From an uncultured Eubacterium sp. (lineage in GTDB: Bacteria; Bacillota; Clostridia; Lachnospirales; Lachnospiraceae): a DNA stretch of 64,000 nucleotides. Location of the stretch: the NCBI GenBank assembly GCA_910584065.1, contig CAJTZN010000015.1, positions 748-64,747 on the forward strand, read 5' to 3'. Under the pieces are notes generated by a model. It was given only the letters and a program-made list of their open reading frames with translations. It was not told the origin of the DNA and did no database searches. The position numbers were made by a program, and so were the translations under genes. The stretch's first letter is position 1, and every line of letters begins with the position of its first letter. Below, in pieces: positions 49,850 through 58,753 of this stretch.

Positions 49850-52216
49850 TCACCCCCCTGCCCGTCCGGAATTATAACCATAATCAATGGCAAAATCATA
49901 CAGACGGTACGGATTCTGCCGTATTTTATAACAGATAAACTGATCCGTCTCGAAATATACCTTCATTTCATTCGGATAAAGGCGATGAAACTCCTGTGCC
50001 CAGTAATACAGGCGCGACATAACGACCCATCTGTTTTCACCTTTATACATCTCGATTCCGCCGACATTCGGAAGATCCCTCGCAGCCCCCTCCTCAGATA
50101 CCGTCTGTCCGCTTCCTTCATAGGGCTCCGTATAATCGATCGGCACCTTTTCGATAAAAAAGTAAACGCTGTTTGTCGGTATTTTAATGGAAGGCTCCTC
50201 CTCCTGAGCCATATTCTTCAACTCCATTTCCCGGAGAAACGAAATCAGTTCATAATGATAACCATGATCTATCCCCATCTGCGTTTCATCATTCGCCGAA
50301 CAGATCGTCCATGTAAAATCAGTCTCATCCCGGATAATATTGGTCAGGCAGGTGATCGCCTCGTTTGTCACCAGCTGAGTACTGTCGACCGGCTGCTTTC
50401 TGAACTCGCCGTCCCAAAGCAATAAAACAGCTGCGGCAACACAGGCAAGAGAGACAAAATTTCGAAATTTCTTCCACTTCTCCGGCCATATAACAAAATA
50501 CAGAACGCCATCCGCCACAAAAGCGAACACGACCGGAAGCATATAGGCATAATAAATCCTGCACCGTCCCGCATCCATCAGTTCCGGAATCCCGAGCCTG
50601 CCCGCCGCCTGCAGCACGGACATCAGCGCCATGAAAACGCCGATGGATAAAAGCATCGCCCCATAGAGGCGCCTTTTTAGCAAAATGAACAACACTCCGA
50701 GAATAAACAGGGCGCCGATGCCCCCGGCTATGACCAGATAATACCACGGTTCCTGTTCTGCCGGCAGTACGCATTCGTTCACGGCATCACGCATACTCCC
50801 GCACACTCTGCGGAGTTTGGTGACGATACTCTCCTGAACCGGCACTTTCCCGGTTTTTTCCCCCTGCGCTCGGGAACCATCCACCTCGGTCCCGGCTTCC
50901 GCCCCATCTCCCGCGGCCGCTCCACCAGACGGCTGCTCGATCCGGTTCCCTTCCGAATCATAATATACAACAGCGTCGCCGGCGTCGTCAGCCGCGTCTC
51001 CCGCTTCCCCCGCTTCCTCCGCTGACTCGCCGCTGATGACGTTCATGCCCCAGCCCAGCGACCCCTGAAGGGGGGTTCCAAAAATAAACGCAACCGCCAT
51101 CGGTAAGACGGCGACCATCACACTGATCATACACGTGACGACCACACGCCAGAAGTATCCCTTTCTCACAAACCAGAACAGATACCCCGCCGCCACCCCG
51201 ACACAGAGCAGTCCGGCAATCATTGTGTCGTAAAAATGAACCGCGAGCGTCATGGAAAAACTCATGGCAAAATAAACGAGACAAATAAACGACTCGCCCA
51301 TTTTTCCTCTTTTCTTTCTCATCTCCTCCCGTCTCTTTTCAAAGAACAGAAACGCAAAGTAGGCAGCGGGCAATATAAAGATCATTCCGTATTCCTGTGG
51401 GAGCACCGCAAAAAAACGGAGATATGTACTCGCCTGCAGAAAATTCCCCAGCACATAAATTCCCACCGCCGCATAGGCAACGTACTTGCTCCGGCAGCAG
51501 AGCCGGATAAAACCCAAAAGAACCATATGCAGCATAAGCGTCTGTACAAACGGAAATACCCGCATAAGTACGTATACATCAATGTCAAACACCGCATGGA
51601 GATAGTATATGACACAATGATAGCCAAACGGATACACACCGTCGATAAAAATCTGGTTCTGACTCATCCCATTGATCCAGAGCATATGCACCGGCGTATC
51701 CGATGCGGTATACCCATACCCCTTAAGCAGATGGGTCCCGTAAAACGAAGCAAGCGCTATCAGTACAGCGAACATACACAGCCACTGCAGCCATCTTTTA
51801 TAAAATCCGCGGAAAAACGCTCTGATGCCACGGCGCACCGCCCTTCCCAGCCTCGACAGAAGCCGGTCGGCCAGCGTCTTCATTCCCATATATCCCTCGG
51901 ATATTTTCCTCAGATCCCTCCACAGTTTTTTCAACGAACGGATGTTATGGTCACCATACAAATACCACACAATATATGCCGGCACCACCGTCCCCAGTAT
52001 GAGCGTGACCGTATTGGATATTTTCAGAAGCTGGAGCAAAAATACCAGGTTCATCACATAAAAGTTTCCCGTCAGAAGGCAGATAAAAAACCTCTGCACA
52101 AAATCCCGCTCCTTAATTTTTTCATGCAGAACAATCGCCGGCAGCAATACCGTGACAAAAAGATATGCTGACAAAGTTCCGGTAAACTGTAAAATTGTAA
52201 GCACCCGCATGGTCAT
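49850..52216 (-). CDS. Polytopic membrane protein, possibly a GT-C-fold transferase
   Basis: More than 10 TM segments; loop motifs SDTPVH and YPFGYH; soluble C-terminal domain. Confidence 0.6.
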   Translation of the reverse strand: MTMRVLTILQFTGTLSAYLFVTVLLPAIVLHEKIKERDFVQRFFICLLTGNFYVMNLVFLLQLLKISNTVTLILGTVVPAYIVWYLYGDHNIRSLKKLWRDLRKISEGYMGMKTLADRLLSRLGRAVRRGIRAFFRGFYKRWLQWLCMFAVLIALASFYGTHLLKGYGYTASDTPVHMLWINGMSQNQIFIDGVYPFGYHCVIYYLHAVFDIDVYVLMRVFPFVQTLMLHMVLLGFIRLCCRSKYVAYAAVGIYVLGNFLQASTYLRFFAVLPQEYGMIFILPAAYFAFLFFEKRREEMRKKRGKMGESFICLVYFAMSFSMTLAVHFYDTMIAGLLCVGVAAGYLFWFVRKGYFWRVVVTCMISVMVAVLPMAVAFIFGTPLQGSLGWGMNVISGESAEEAGEAGDAADDAGDAVVYYDSEGNRIEQPSGGAAAGDGAEAGTEVDGSRAQGEKTGKVPVQESIVTKLRRVCGSMRDAVNECVLPAEQEPWYYLVIAGGIGALFILGVLFILLKRRLYGAMLLSIGVFMALMSVLQAAGRLGIPELMDAGRCRIYYAYMLPVVFAFVADGVLYFVIWPEKWKKFRNFVSLACVAAAVLLLWDGEFRKQPVDSTQLVTNEAITCLTNIIRDETDFTWTICSANDETQMGIDHGYHYELISFLREMELKNMAQEEEPSIKIPTNSVYFFIEKVPIDYTEPYEGSGQTVSEEGAARDLPNVGGIEMYKGENRWVVMSRLYYWAQEFHRLYPNEMKVYFETDQFICYKIRQNPYRLYDFAIDYGYNSGRAGG

Positions 52217-52237
52217 TTACGGTAACCACCTTTCTGG

Positions 52238-53134
52238 TTATTGAAAGACGCGAATCAGTTCCAGCGTTTCATTATCGATCACAATATCAGAGCTGCGAAG
52301 CTCGTCCATCACTTCAAAAAACTGCTCCCGGCTATCCAGAGAAAAATATAATTTCAACAAACACGTATACGTGGCAAGCATGTCCGGGTAGCATTTTTTC
52401 GCCCGTCTGCACCATTTCTCACATGTCCCGTATTCCTGTATTTCCAGATGGCGGAGACTCACGGCCTCAAACCGGGCGCTCGTCATCTGTTCTCTTTCCC
52501 TTTCATACAGTATCTCGCACGTTTCATCCATAACGGCCACAAAAGCCTTCTGCTCCATATCCGTGAACACTCTCTGCCTGAGCACCTGATCCATATAATC
52601 GATCAGCATAGTGACATATTCTATCTGATTTTCTTCCTGTTTGGCAATCTCGTTGCGGCATTTCTGTACGGTCGCGCGAAAATCATTGAGCGTATCCTGC
52701 AGTACAGAAGCAGCATAGTGGGACGTCTCGGAATCCTCGCTGCCGAGCGCCAGCGAAATCGAGGCCAGCGAATTGCGGATATCCCCCCGCACGACATTGA
52801 GCATGAGCGTCCGGAGATTATCCTTGTCCGTAACCGCAAGCGCCTCTTCCATGGAAACGACCATCCTGCCCCATTCCTCATCGGCGTGCATGTATGTCTG
52901 CACACGGTCTTTCCTGAACACAACATCTGCCAGATCCACCTCTTTGGAAAAAAAGCCGAGATAGATCACATAGGCCAAAAACACATACAAAGGTCCAAGC
53001 CCCGGACACAAAAACATGATCAGGGACTTCACCCCATACCCTAGCAGTTTTTCCTTTTTCCGCAAAAAATTCCAGATAAAATATGCCGCCGTTACGATGC
53101 TGTTGGCTGTTATAAAAATAATAAAATTATCCAT
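52238..53134 (-). CDS. PelE-like protein
   Basis: Two N-terminal TM segments; EEAL and D.E.SHYAAS motifs; helical-repeat C-terminus; follows the pelD-like gene. Confidence 0.7.
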   Translation of the reverse strand: MDNFIIFITANSIVTAAYFIWNFLRKKEKLLGYGVKSLIMFLCPGLGPLYVFLAYVIYLGFFSKEVDLADVVFRKDRVQTYMHADEEWGRMVVSMEEALAVTDKDNLRTLMLNVVRGDIRNSLASISLALGSEDSETSHYAASVLQDTLNDFRATVQKCRNEIAKQEENQIEYVTMLIDYMDQVLRQRVFTDMEQKAFVAVMDETCEILYEREREQMTSARFEAVSLRHLEIQEYGTCEKWCRRAKKCYPDMLATYTCLLKLYFSLDSREQFFEVMDELRSSDIVIDNETLELIRVFQ

Positions 53135-53142
53135 ATATGCCG

Positions 53143-55329
53143 CTATACCCCTATTTCTTCTACAATCCTGCTTTCATAGCCCGCTGCCTTAAACCTGCTC
53201 ACTATGATCTCTGCCTCCCTCTGTACCGTGTTAGCGAGAAGCACATACAGTCTGCCATCCGTCATCGTTCCAAGGTAATCCGACTGGCGGAGATTTTTCA
53301 TAAGTACCTCGCCCGCCTCTCCGTATTCTTCCGGCAGCGCCTCGATCTGCAGGAGGGTACACTCCGTCAGATTCCTCTTTTTCGCCTTCTGGTAAGCCTT
53401 GACGAGTGACGTAAACGCATCCGGTTCAAGAATACGGGTATCCACCATATATCTCTGCCGTTCGAGCGCCGCCATGTACCTTCCGGCACGGAGCACGGCG
53501 TTCTGGATCAGATAACTGATAACGACAAGGAGGTTTGCCTGTCCGAGCGTCATCCGTTCCCACGGAATTCCCCATAGCATAATGATCATTTTCATCTGAT
53601 CATTTTCGTAAATGGCGTTTGCCATCAAGGGATATTTGTCGTCAAGTTTCCGGTTGATAAATACTTTATGTACCTTCAGCGCCTCATACAACGCCCCCAT
53701 GTCCGGATAGCGTATGGAGTTCCCGAGCTTTCTGGCTGCCTTCGAACTCGCCGAAAACATCCGCGCATAATCCGAATTGTAGACGACATAGACAGCCACG
53801 TCCGGGCTCCTCATGATCTGGGACAGTATATCCACTGCGTAAAACAACACTTCTTCCGGCATGTACTGGTCCAGCGTGGAAGTTATGCTGTACAGTTTGC
53901 CGATACTGTCCTTCTGGTCGATCACCTGTCTCTCTAAAACGTCCTTTACCCGGACATTACTGCTATTGATGTCTTTTATATCACGCAGCTGCCGGTTCAG
54001 ATACTGCTGGATTTCCTCGCTTTCCGCGCGGACTGACCTCGTCCGGTCCCTCATATACCCGACGACAAGCCCCACGATAAAAAGCTGGGCCATCCACACA
54101 TACGTCGTATAATCGAGCATGACCTCAAACCCGCTCCGCGTGTACATCTGACGGAACAAATAGCCGCTGACGGCTAACACAGCCGAAAACATCGCCTGAT
54201 ACTGTCCGTACACGATAGCAAAAAGAAGAACGTAAAACAAATAAAAATCAAGTCTTGAAAAATAAGTGCTGTCCGTCGTCCTGTTGTTCAGCATAAACAC
54301 GGGAATAAAGCAGATCATATTTTCAATAAAGGGAACCGCCATTTTCAAAAACCAGCCAAAACGCTGCCAGATCCGTTTCCATAACGGCAGCTCTTCCTCT
54401 CCTCCGCTAACAAATACTTCCCTGTTCTTCCGCATGTGGGAAACAACCCTTTTTACCCCGTCGGCTGCCGGATGACAGACAGAAGCACCAAATTCCTTTA
54501 AAAACCGCTCGTTGGACAATACGCGGCTGCTCTTATACGGCTTGTTTACCGACACGACGTTTACCGGTTCTTTCAAATTCCCGGCCACCATTTTGGCAAT
54601 CCCCAACTCGGTAAACGGCTCCGACGAAGACAGATGATACAGTGAATCCTTCGTCTTTTTCGCCGAAATGATCAGGTAAATAAATTCCACCGCATCTGAC
54701 TCATATAAAAGTGAACAGACTACATCCGGCGCCGCCCGTATCACTCCCGTCTCCATCGCCTTACGGCACATGGCGGCGCATATTCCATCCATTTCTTCCA
54801 CGGTGTGCGGCACGCTATACAAGTGGTCGAGACGCAGCACCAGCACGTTCCGTTTCCAGCTGTCCCGAAAGCCTGCGCACATATCTTCCGCCTGCACCTG
54901 CACCACCCCGCGGAATCCCCGTGGAGACGCCGGCTCTTCTTCCCGGATGCCCTTTTGATAACACCCCTGATACACCTCTTCCGAAGAAAGAAAGATAAAT
55001 TTCCCCTTATTTACGACAGCATATGCCACAAGAAGATTCATCAGGCTCGACATAAACCGTACGGACTCCCTCTCTCCATTCTGCCAGTTGAAATTTGTAT
55101 CATACGCTCCCAAAAATAACGTTACATCCGGTGCCACGCTCTCAAAAACCTCATTCAGGTTGGCATTATCATAAGAAAACTCATATCGCTCAAATACTTT
55201 TTCATATTCGCTTACAGAAACGGAATACTGCTGCCCCGTTAGTAAATGTACCCTATGCCCCTCTTTTTTTAATTTGATAATTAACCGGTTCATAAGATTA
55301 CAAGAACCACCAATGAGTAAAATATTCAT
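53143..55329 (-). CDS. PelD-like protein fused to an N-terminal SDR/epimerase-like domain
   Basis: Rossmann-like N-terminus, about 4 TM segments, coiled coil, GAF-like region, and degenerate GGDEF-like tail with RQSD (RxxD). Confidence 0.78.
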   Translation of the reverse strand: MNILLIGGSCNLMNRLIIKLKKEGHRVHLLTGQQYSVSVSEYEKVFERYEFSYDNANLNEVFESVAPDVTLFLGAYDTNFNWQNGERESVRFMSSLMNLLVAYAVVNKGKFIFLSSEEVYQGCYQKGIREEEPASPRGFRGVVQVQAEDMCAGFRDSWKRNVLVLRLDHLYSVPHTVEEMDGICAAMCRKAMETGVIRAAPDVVCSLLYESDAVEFIYLIISAKKTKDSLYHLSSSEPFTELGIAKMVAGNLKEPVNVVSVNKPYKSSRVLSNERFLKEFGASVCHPAADGVKRVVSHMRKNREVFVSGGEEELPLWKRIWQRFGWFLKMAVPFIENMICFIPVFMLNNRTTDSTYFSRLDFYLFYVLLFAIVYGQYQAMFSAVLAVSGYLFRQMYTRSGFEVMLDYTTYVWMAQLFIVGLVVGYMRDRTRSVRAESEEIQQYLNRQLRDIKDINSSNVRVKDVLERQVIDQKDSIGKLYSITSTLDQYMPEEVLFYAVDILSQIMRSPDVAVYVVYNSDYARMFSASSKAARKLGNSIRYPDMGALYEALKVHKVFINRKLDDKYPLMANAIYENDQMKMIIMLWGIPWERMTLGQANLLVVISYLIQNAVLRAGRYMAALERQRYMVDTRILEPDAFTSLVKAYQKAKKRNLTECTLLQIEALPEEYGEAGEVLMKNLRQSDYLGTMTDGRLYVLLANTVQREAEIIVSRFKAAGYESRIVEEIGV

Positions 55330-55351
55330 TGTGCCCTCCAAGTTCTGTACA

Positions 55352-55651
55352 TCACTTTAAGATTCCCTGCTGTCCCAGCTGCTCGTAAAACTCCCGGATG
55401 TCGCTCCTGATCTCGTCGGAAGAAACACCATACCATTCCCCGAGTTCTGCGGATATTTCCCCTATATCCATACCGCGCTCCGTCATTTCCCATATCCGTG
55501 CGCCCTGTTCATTGAGCGGCACCGGCTTCTTATATGGATACCCCGGCTGACTCATATCTAACAGCCAGTAGATTCCCGCCACATGGCGCATCTGGTAGCG
55601 GGACATGCTTTCCAAATCAAATCCGGAATCCTTCTTTTCTGTCATTTGCAC
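55352..55651 (-). CDS. PqqD/RRE family protein
   Basis: LNEQGARIWE...ELGEWYGV...DIREF.EQL...GIL pattern. Confidence 0.85.
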   Translation of the reverse strand: MQMTEKKDSGFDLESMSRYQMRHVAGIYWLLDMSQPGYPYKKPVPLNEQGARIWEMTERGMDIGEISAELGEWYGVSSDEIRSDIREFYEQLGQQGILK

Positions 55652-55691
55652 GCGCTCCCTTCATTTTATACGATACCGGCACAAGCAATTC

Positions 55692-55731
55692 GTGAAGAAC
55701 ACTGCTTCCTGCGTTCTTCCTGTGTGAATAG
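55692..55731. repeat. 40-bp direct repeat, copy 1
   Basis: GTGAAGAACACTGCTTCCTGCGTTCTTCCTGTGTGAATAG; 37/40 identical to 56849-56888. Confidence 0.85.
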
Positions 55732-55748
55732 GCGGCTCTGCTGCCTAT

Positions 55749-56819
55749 TCACACTTTGCGCAATCCCGTATCCGACAACCGCTCATCCATCCTCAGACCG
55801 ATCAAAAGCCGGATCCCAAACGCCAGAAGAGTATACAGGTGCAGCCGCATTCCACAGGCAAATCCCCAGATCATCACCCTCCATATAACAGGGGATATGC
55901 TCTTTAGCCGGCCGCCTTTTGCCATCTGTGAAAAATACTTTGCCGCCAGCTCTCTTTTCCCATATTCCTTTAACACGCGTTTGACGGCAGCGATCGTTTT
56001 CCCCTGATGCTCATAATTCATCTTCCCATCGAAAAAAGCCGCAAAAAAGATCGTACAGGCGACCATGTCACCGCACTCCCCCTCGATCCCCTTTTCACGC
56101 AAAAGCCGCTCGGTTTGATCCGCGATCCCCATCCATCCCTCTACCGAATCGCTGCGGTATGTATAAGAAACAGACGCCTCGTTTCTCCGGTAGACATATA
56201 CCGGATGTTCTAAAAAGGCATACCTGGCTCCCCTGATATAACACTCAAAATTAAACAATTTATCTTCCCCGTACCGAAAATCCGAAAAACAAATTCCATT
56301 CTGCTCCAAAAAAGCCCGGCTGTACAGCTTCCCCCACACATAGGATAACGTTCCGATGGAAAAAAAACCCCGAAAACGAAATGTCCTCTCATCCCGTGAA
56401 AATTTGTCAAACCCGCTGCAGCTTCCGGCCGGAAGAAGGCTTCCACCCCAAAGGCGGAAATAATCCCCCACCAGTATGTCAGCATTTGACTTCTTCATCT
56501 CTCCTGCCATGCGGGATAAGATGTCCTTCTCCGGCAGATAGTCGTCCGCGTCCACGAACATGACATAACCTTCCCTCACATGCTCCAGACCGATATTTCT
56601 CGCATGTGACACGCCGTTACTTTTCTGCGGGGAAAGATAAACATTTTCATACCCCGCCGCATATTTCTCACACATGCTGCGGCTTTTATCCTGCGAACCG
56701 CCCTCCACAAGAACGATTTCCACGTCCTCGTAATCCTGCCCCAGAATACTCTCCATGCATTGGGGCAAATACGGCTCCGCATTATATACAGGAATGATGA
56801 TAGATATTTTATCACACAT
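55749..56819 (-). CDS. GT2 glycosyltransferase
   Basis: ISIIIPVYN, GVSHARNIG, FVDADD, WGKLY and GED motifs. Confidence 0.92.
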   Translation of the reverse strand: MCDKISIIIPVYNAEPYLPQCMESILGQDYEDVEIVLVEGGSQDKSRSMCEKYAAGYENVYLSPQKSNGVSHARNIGLEHVREGYVMFVDADDYLPEKDILSRMAGEMKKSNADILVGDYFRLWGGSLLPAGSCSGFDKFSRDERTFRFRGFFSIGTLSYVWGKLYSRAFLEQNGICFSDFRYGEDKLFNFECYIRGARYAFLEHPVYVYRRNEASVSYTYRSDSVEGWMGIADQTERLLREKGIEGECGDMVACTIFFAAFFDGKMNYEHQGKTIAAVKRVLKEYGKRELAAKYFSQMAKGGRLKSISPVIWRVMIWGFACGMRLHLYTLLAFGIRLLIGLRMDERLSDTGLRKV

Positions 56820-56848
56820 AATTCTCCCTCATGCGCGCAAACTTTTTT

Positions 56849-56888
56849 GTGAAGAACGCTGCTTTCTGCGTTCTTCCAGTGTGAATAG
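56849..56888. repeat. 40-bp direct repeat, copy 2
   Basis: GTGAAGAACGCTGCTTTCTGCGTTCTTCCAGTGTGAATAG. Confidence 0.85.
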
Positions 56889-57053
56889 AGCAAGGTGCCG
56901 CTTGCGACACCTTGCGAGAAACTACGCGATGAGGTTAATGCCTCCACAGGAGGCATTCGAATCCGTAGTTTCATTCACACTTGTCACTGACATTATTATA
57001 TTCCATTCCCCGTATCATGACAAGTAGAAAAATAGTTTCTTTTTCCCCTGCGC

Positions 57054-57521
57054 CTACCTCCGGCGCTGTTTACGGAAGCGGACCTTAACGCCATGGAGGC
57101 AGGCTGAAATCACCGGACGAACCGGGCGCAGCCAGAGCCATAGCGCGCTTATCAACCGGTATACAGGATTTTTTACAGAAATATATGTACCTCTGCGCTC
57201 AAATCCAACCAGCTTCCCCCGGATCTGCTGCAGCGGCAGCGGACCTTCGATCTCTTTTTGGTTGTCGCCAACAAAATAAAACCGGTCTCCCTCTCTTTTC
57301 CATATGCGGTGAAGCACAAGAATACTTCCCTCCCGCCTGTACAGGGCCACATCCCCGCGTCCGAGCTTCGTTCCGTCGCTCGGGGCAATGCGCGCCATAT
57401 CCCGTCCCGGCACAAATAACGGATACATGCTGTATCCGATCGGACTGATCTGTACGGTCTTTCCTTCTGAAAGCAGTTTTTCGATTTCTATCCTGTCCGT
57501 TTTCATCTCTGTCCGCTTCAT
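57054..57521 (-). CDS. S24/S26 family peptidase with no N-terminal membrane anchor
   Basis: GYSMYP (Ser), GDV, VLHRI (His) and GDN motifs. Confidence 0.85.
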   Translation of the reverse strand: MKRTEMKTDRIEIEKLLSEGKTVQISPIGYSMYPLFVPGRDMARIAPSDGTKLGRGDVALYRREGSILVLHRIWKREGDRFYFVGDNQKEIEGPLPLQQIRGKLVGFERRGTYISVKNPVYRLISALWLWLRPVRPVISACLHGVKVRFRKQRRR

Positions 57522-57590
57522 CCCCTTTCCTGACATTTTTATTATAGCATTCTATTCCTTTTAATGCTATAATAAATGTCAGGAAAGGGG
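57522..57590. promoter_or_regulatory. Palindromic divergent promoter/RBS region
   Basis: 28-bp inverted repeat with a 2-nt bulge and 11-nt centre; both directions read TGCTATAAT...ATGTCAGGAAAGGGG. Confidence 0.8.
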
Positions 57591-57598
57591 CAATATCA

Positions 57599-58747
57599 AT
57601 GAACCGAACAAATGGATTTGAAATCGTAACGATAAATGGCACGCCTTATCTGATGCCTTACGGACAAATGCTTGCCGAAAACCGCCGGGGCATACGTCTG
57701 AGCGATTCCGGCGTATTTCTCTGGAATGCACTGCCTTCCGTGAATGACCGTCAGGAACTGCTCGCCGCCTTTGCCGCTCATTACGAAGCTCTCCCTCAGG
57801 AAATACCGGAGCTTGAGAAAGACATGAATGCTTTTATTGACGAATTGATCTCATGGGGAATGCTGGAGCAGGATACCCCCGCTCCCCTTTCGTGCCGCGC
57901 CTTTTTGATCGGCGGGCTGCATCTGCGGCTGAGACTGCCCTCCGAACTTCCGTTTCCCTATTTTGATGATTTTTCGGAGCCGCCCTGCCCGGCCCCTGAT
58001 ATGACAGTCGAAATCATTCCGTGCGAGGGCTTAAAAAAAACCGGGCCGGGAAACCGCCTCTTGATCAGCACCGAAGAAGTACTGATTACGGAGGCCCGCT
58101 CATGGTACAGTATATTTTTCCCGCTTTCCCCCCAAATTCATGAATGCCGTCTCAAAAAAGACGGCACGCTGTATCAGCTGTTTATCACACCGCCGTTTCG
58201 GGAACCGCTGCCCACGGATCTCTTCCATGCGATCCGGCTCGGTTTTCTTTTCCGGGCACAAACACTGGGCCGTATCGGCATTCATTCCGCCTCCCTGTAC
58301 TACAGGGGAAAAGTATGGCTGTTCGCCGGTTCCTCCGGTACGGGTAAATCAACGCATACCAATTTATGGAACACGCAGTTTGGCACTCCGATCGTCAACG
58401 GCGATCTGAACCTGATCGGTATATCCGGCGGCGTCCCCACCGTCTATGGCATTCCGTGGTGCGGAACATCCGGCGTCTGCCAGTCGGGCACATGGCCGCT
58501 GGGCGGCATCATCCATTTAAAGCAGGACACCGGCAACCACTGCCATGTACTGACCGAAGAGCAGCAAATACTGTTTCTTACGCACCGGATCATTTCTCCC
58601 TCCTGGACGCCCGGGCAGCTGAAAAAAAACCTTGAAATTTCAGAACAGCTAAACAGGCATATTTTCAGCGCCCGCCTTCACTGTACGGCGGATGCCGGGG
58701 CTGCCATACATATGAGAGAACAAATCGACGACTTCCTCGGAAAATAG
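57599..58747 (+). CDS. PqqD/RRE domain fused to an HPr-kinase-like P-loop domain
   Basis: N-terminal LSDSGVFLWN...HYE...D..AFIDEL; C-terminal HSAS, GSSGTGKSTH, NGD and PWCG motifs. Confidence 0.8.
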   Translation: MNRTNGFEIVTINGTPYLMPYGQMLAENRRGIRLSDSGVFLWNALPSVNDRQELLAAFAAHYEALPQEIPELEKDMNAFIDELISWGMLEQDTPAPLSCRAFLIGGLHLRLRLPSELPFPYFDDFSEPPCPAPDMTVEIIPCEGLKKTGPGNRLLISTEEVLITEARSWYSIFFPLSPQIHECRLKKDGTLYQLFITPPFREPLPTDLFHAIRLGFLFRAQTLGRIGIHSASLYYRGKVWLFAGSSGTGKSTHTNLWNTQFGTPIVNGDLNLIGISGGVPTVYGIPWCGTSGVCQSGTWPLGGIIHLKQDTGNHCHVLTEEQQILFLTHRIISPSWTPGQLKKNLEISEQLNRHIFSARLHCTADAGAAIHMREQIDDFLGK

Positions 58748-58753
58748 AAAGGC

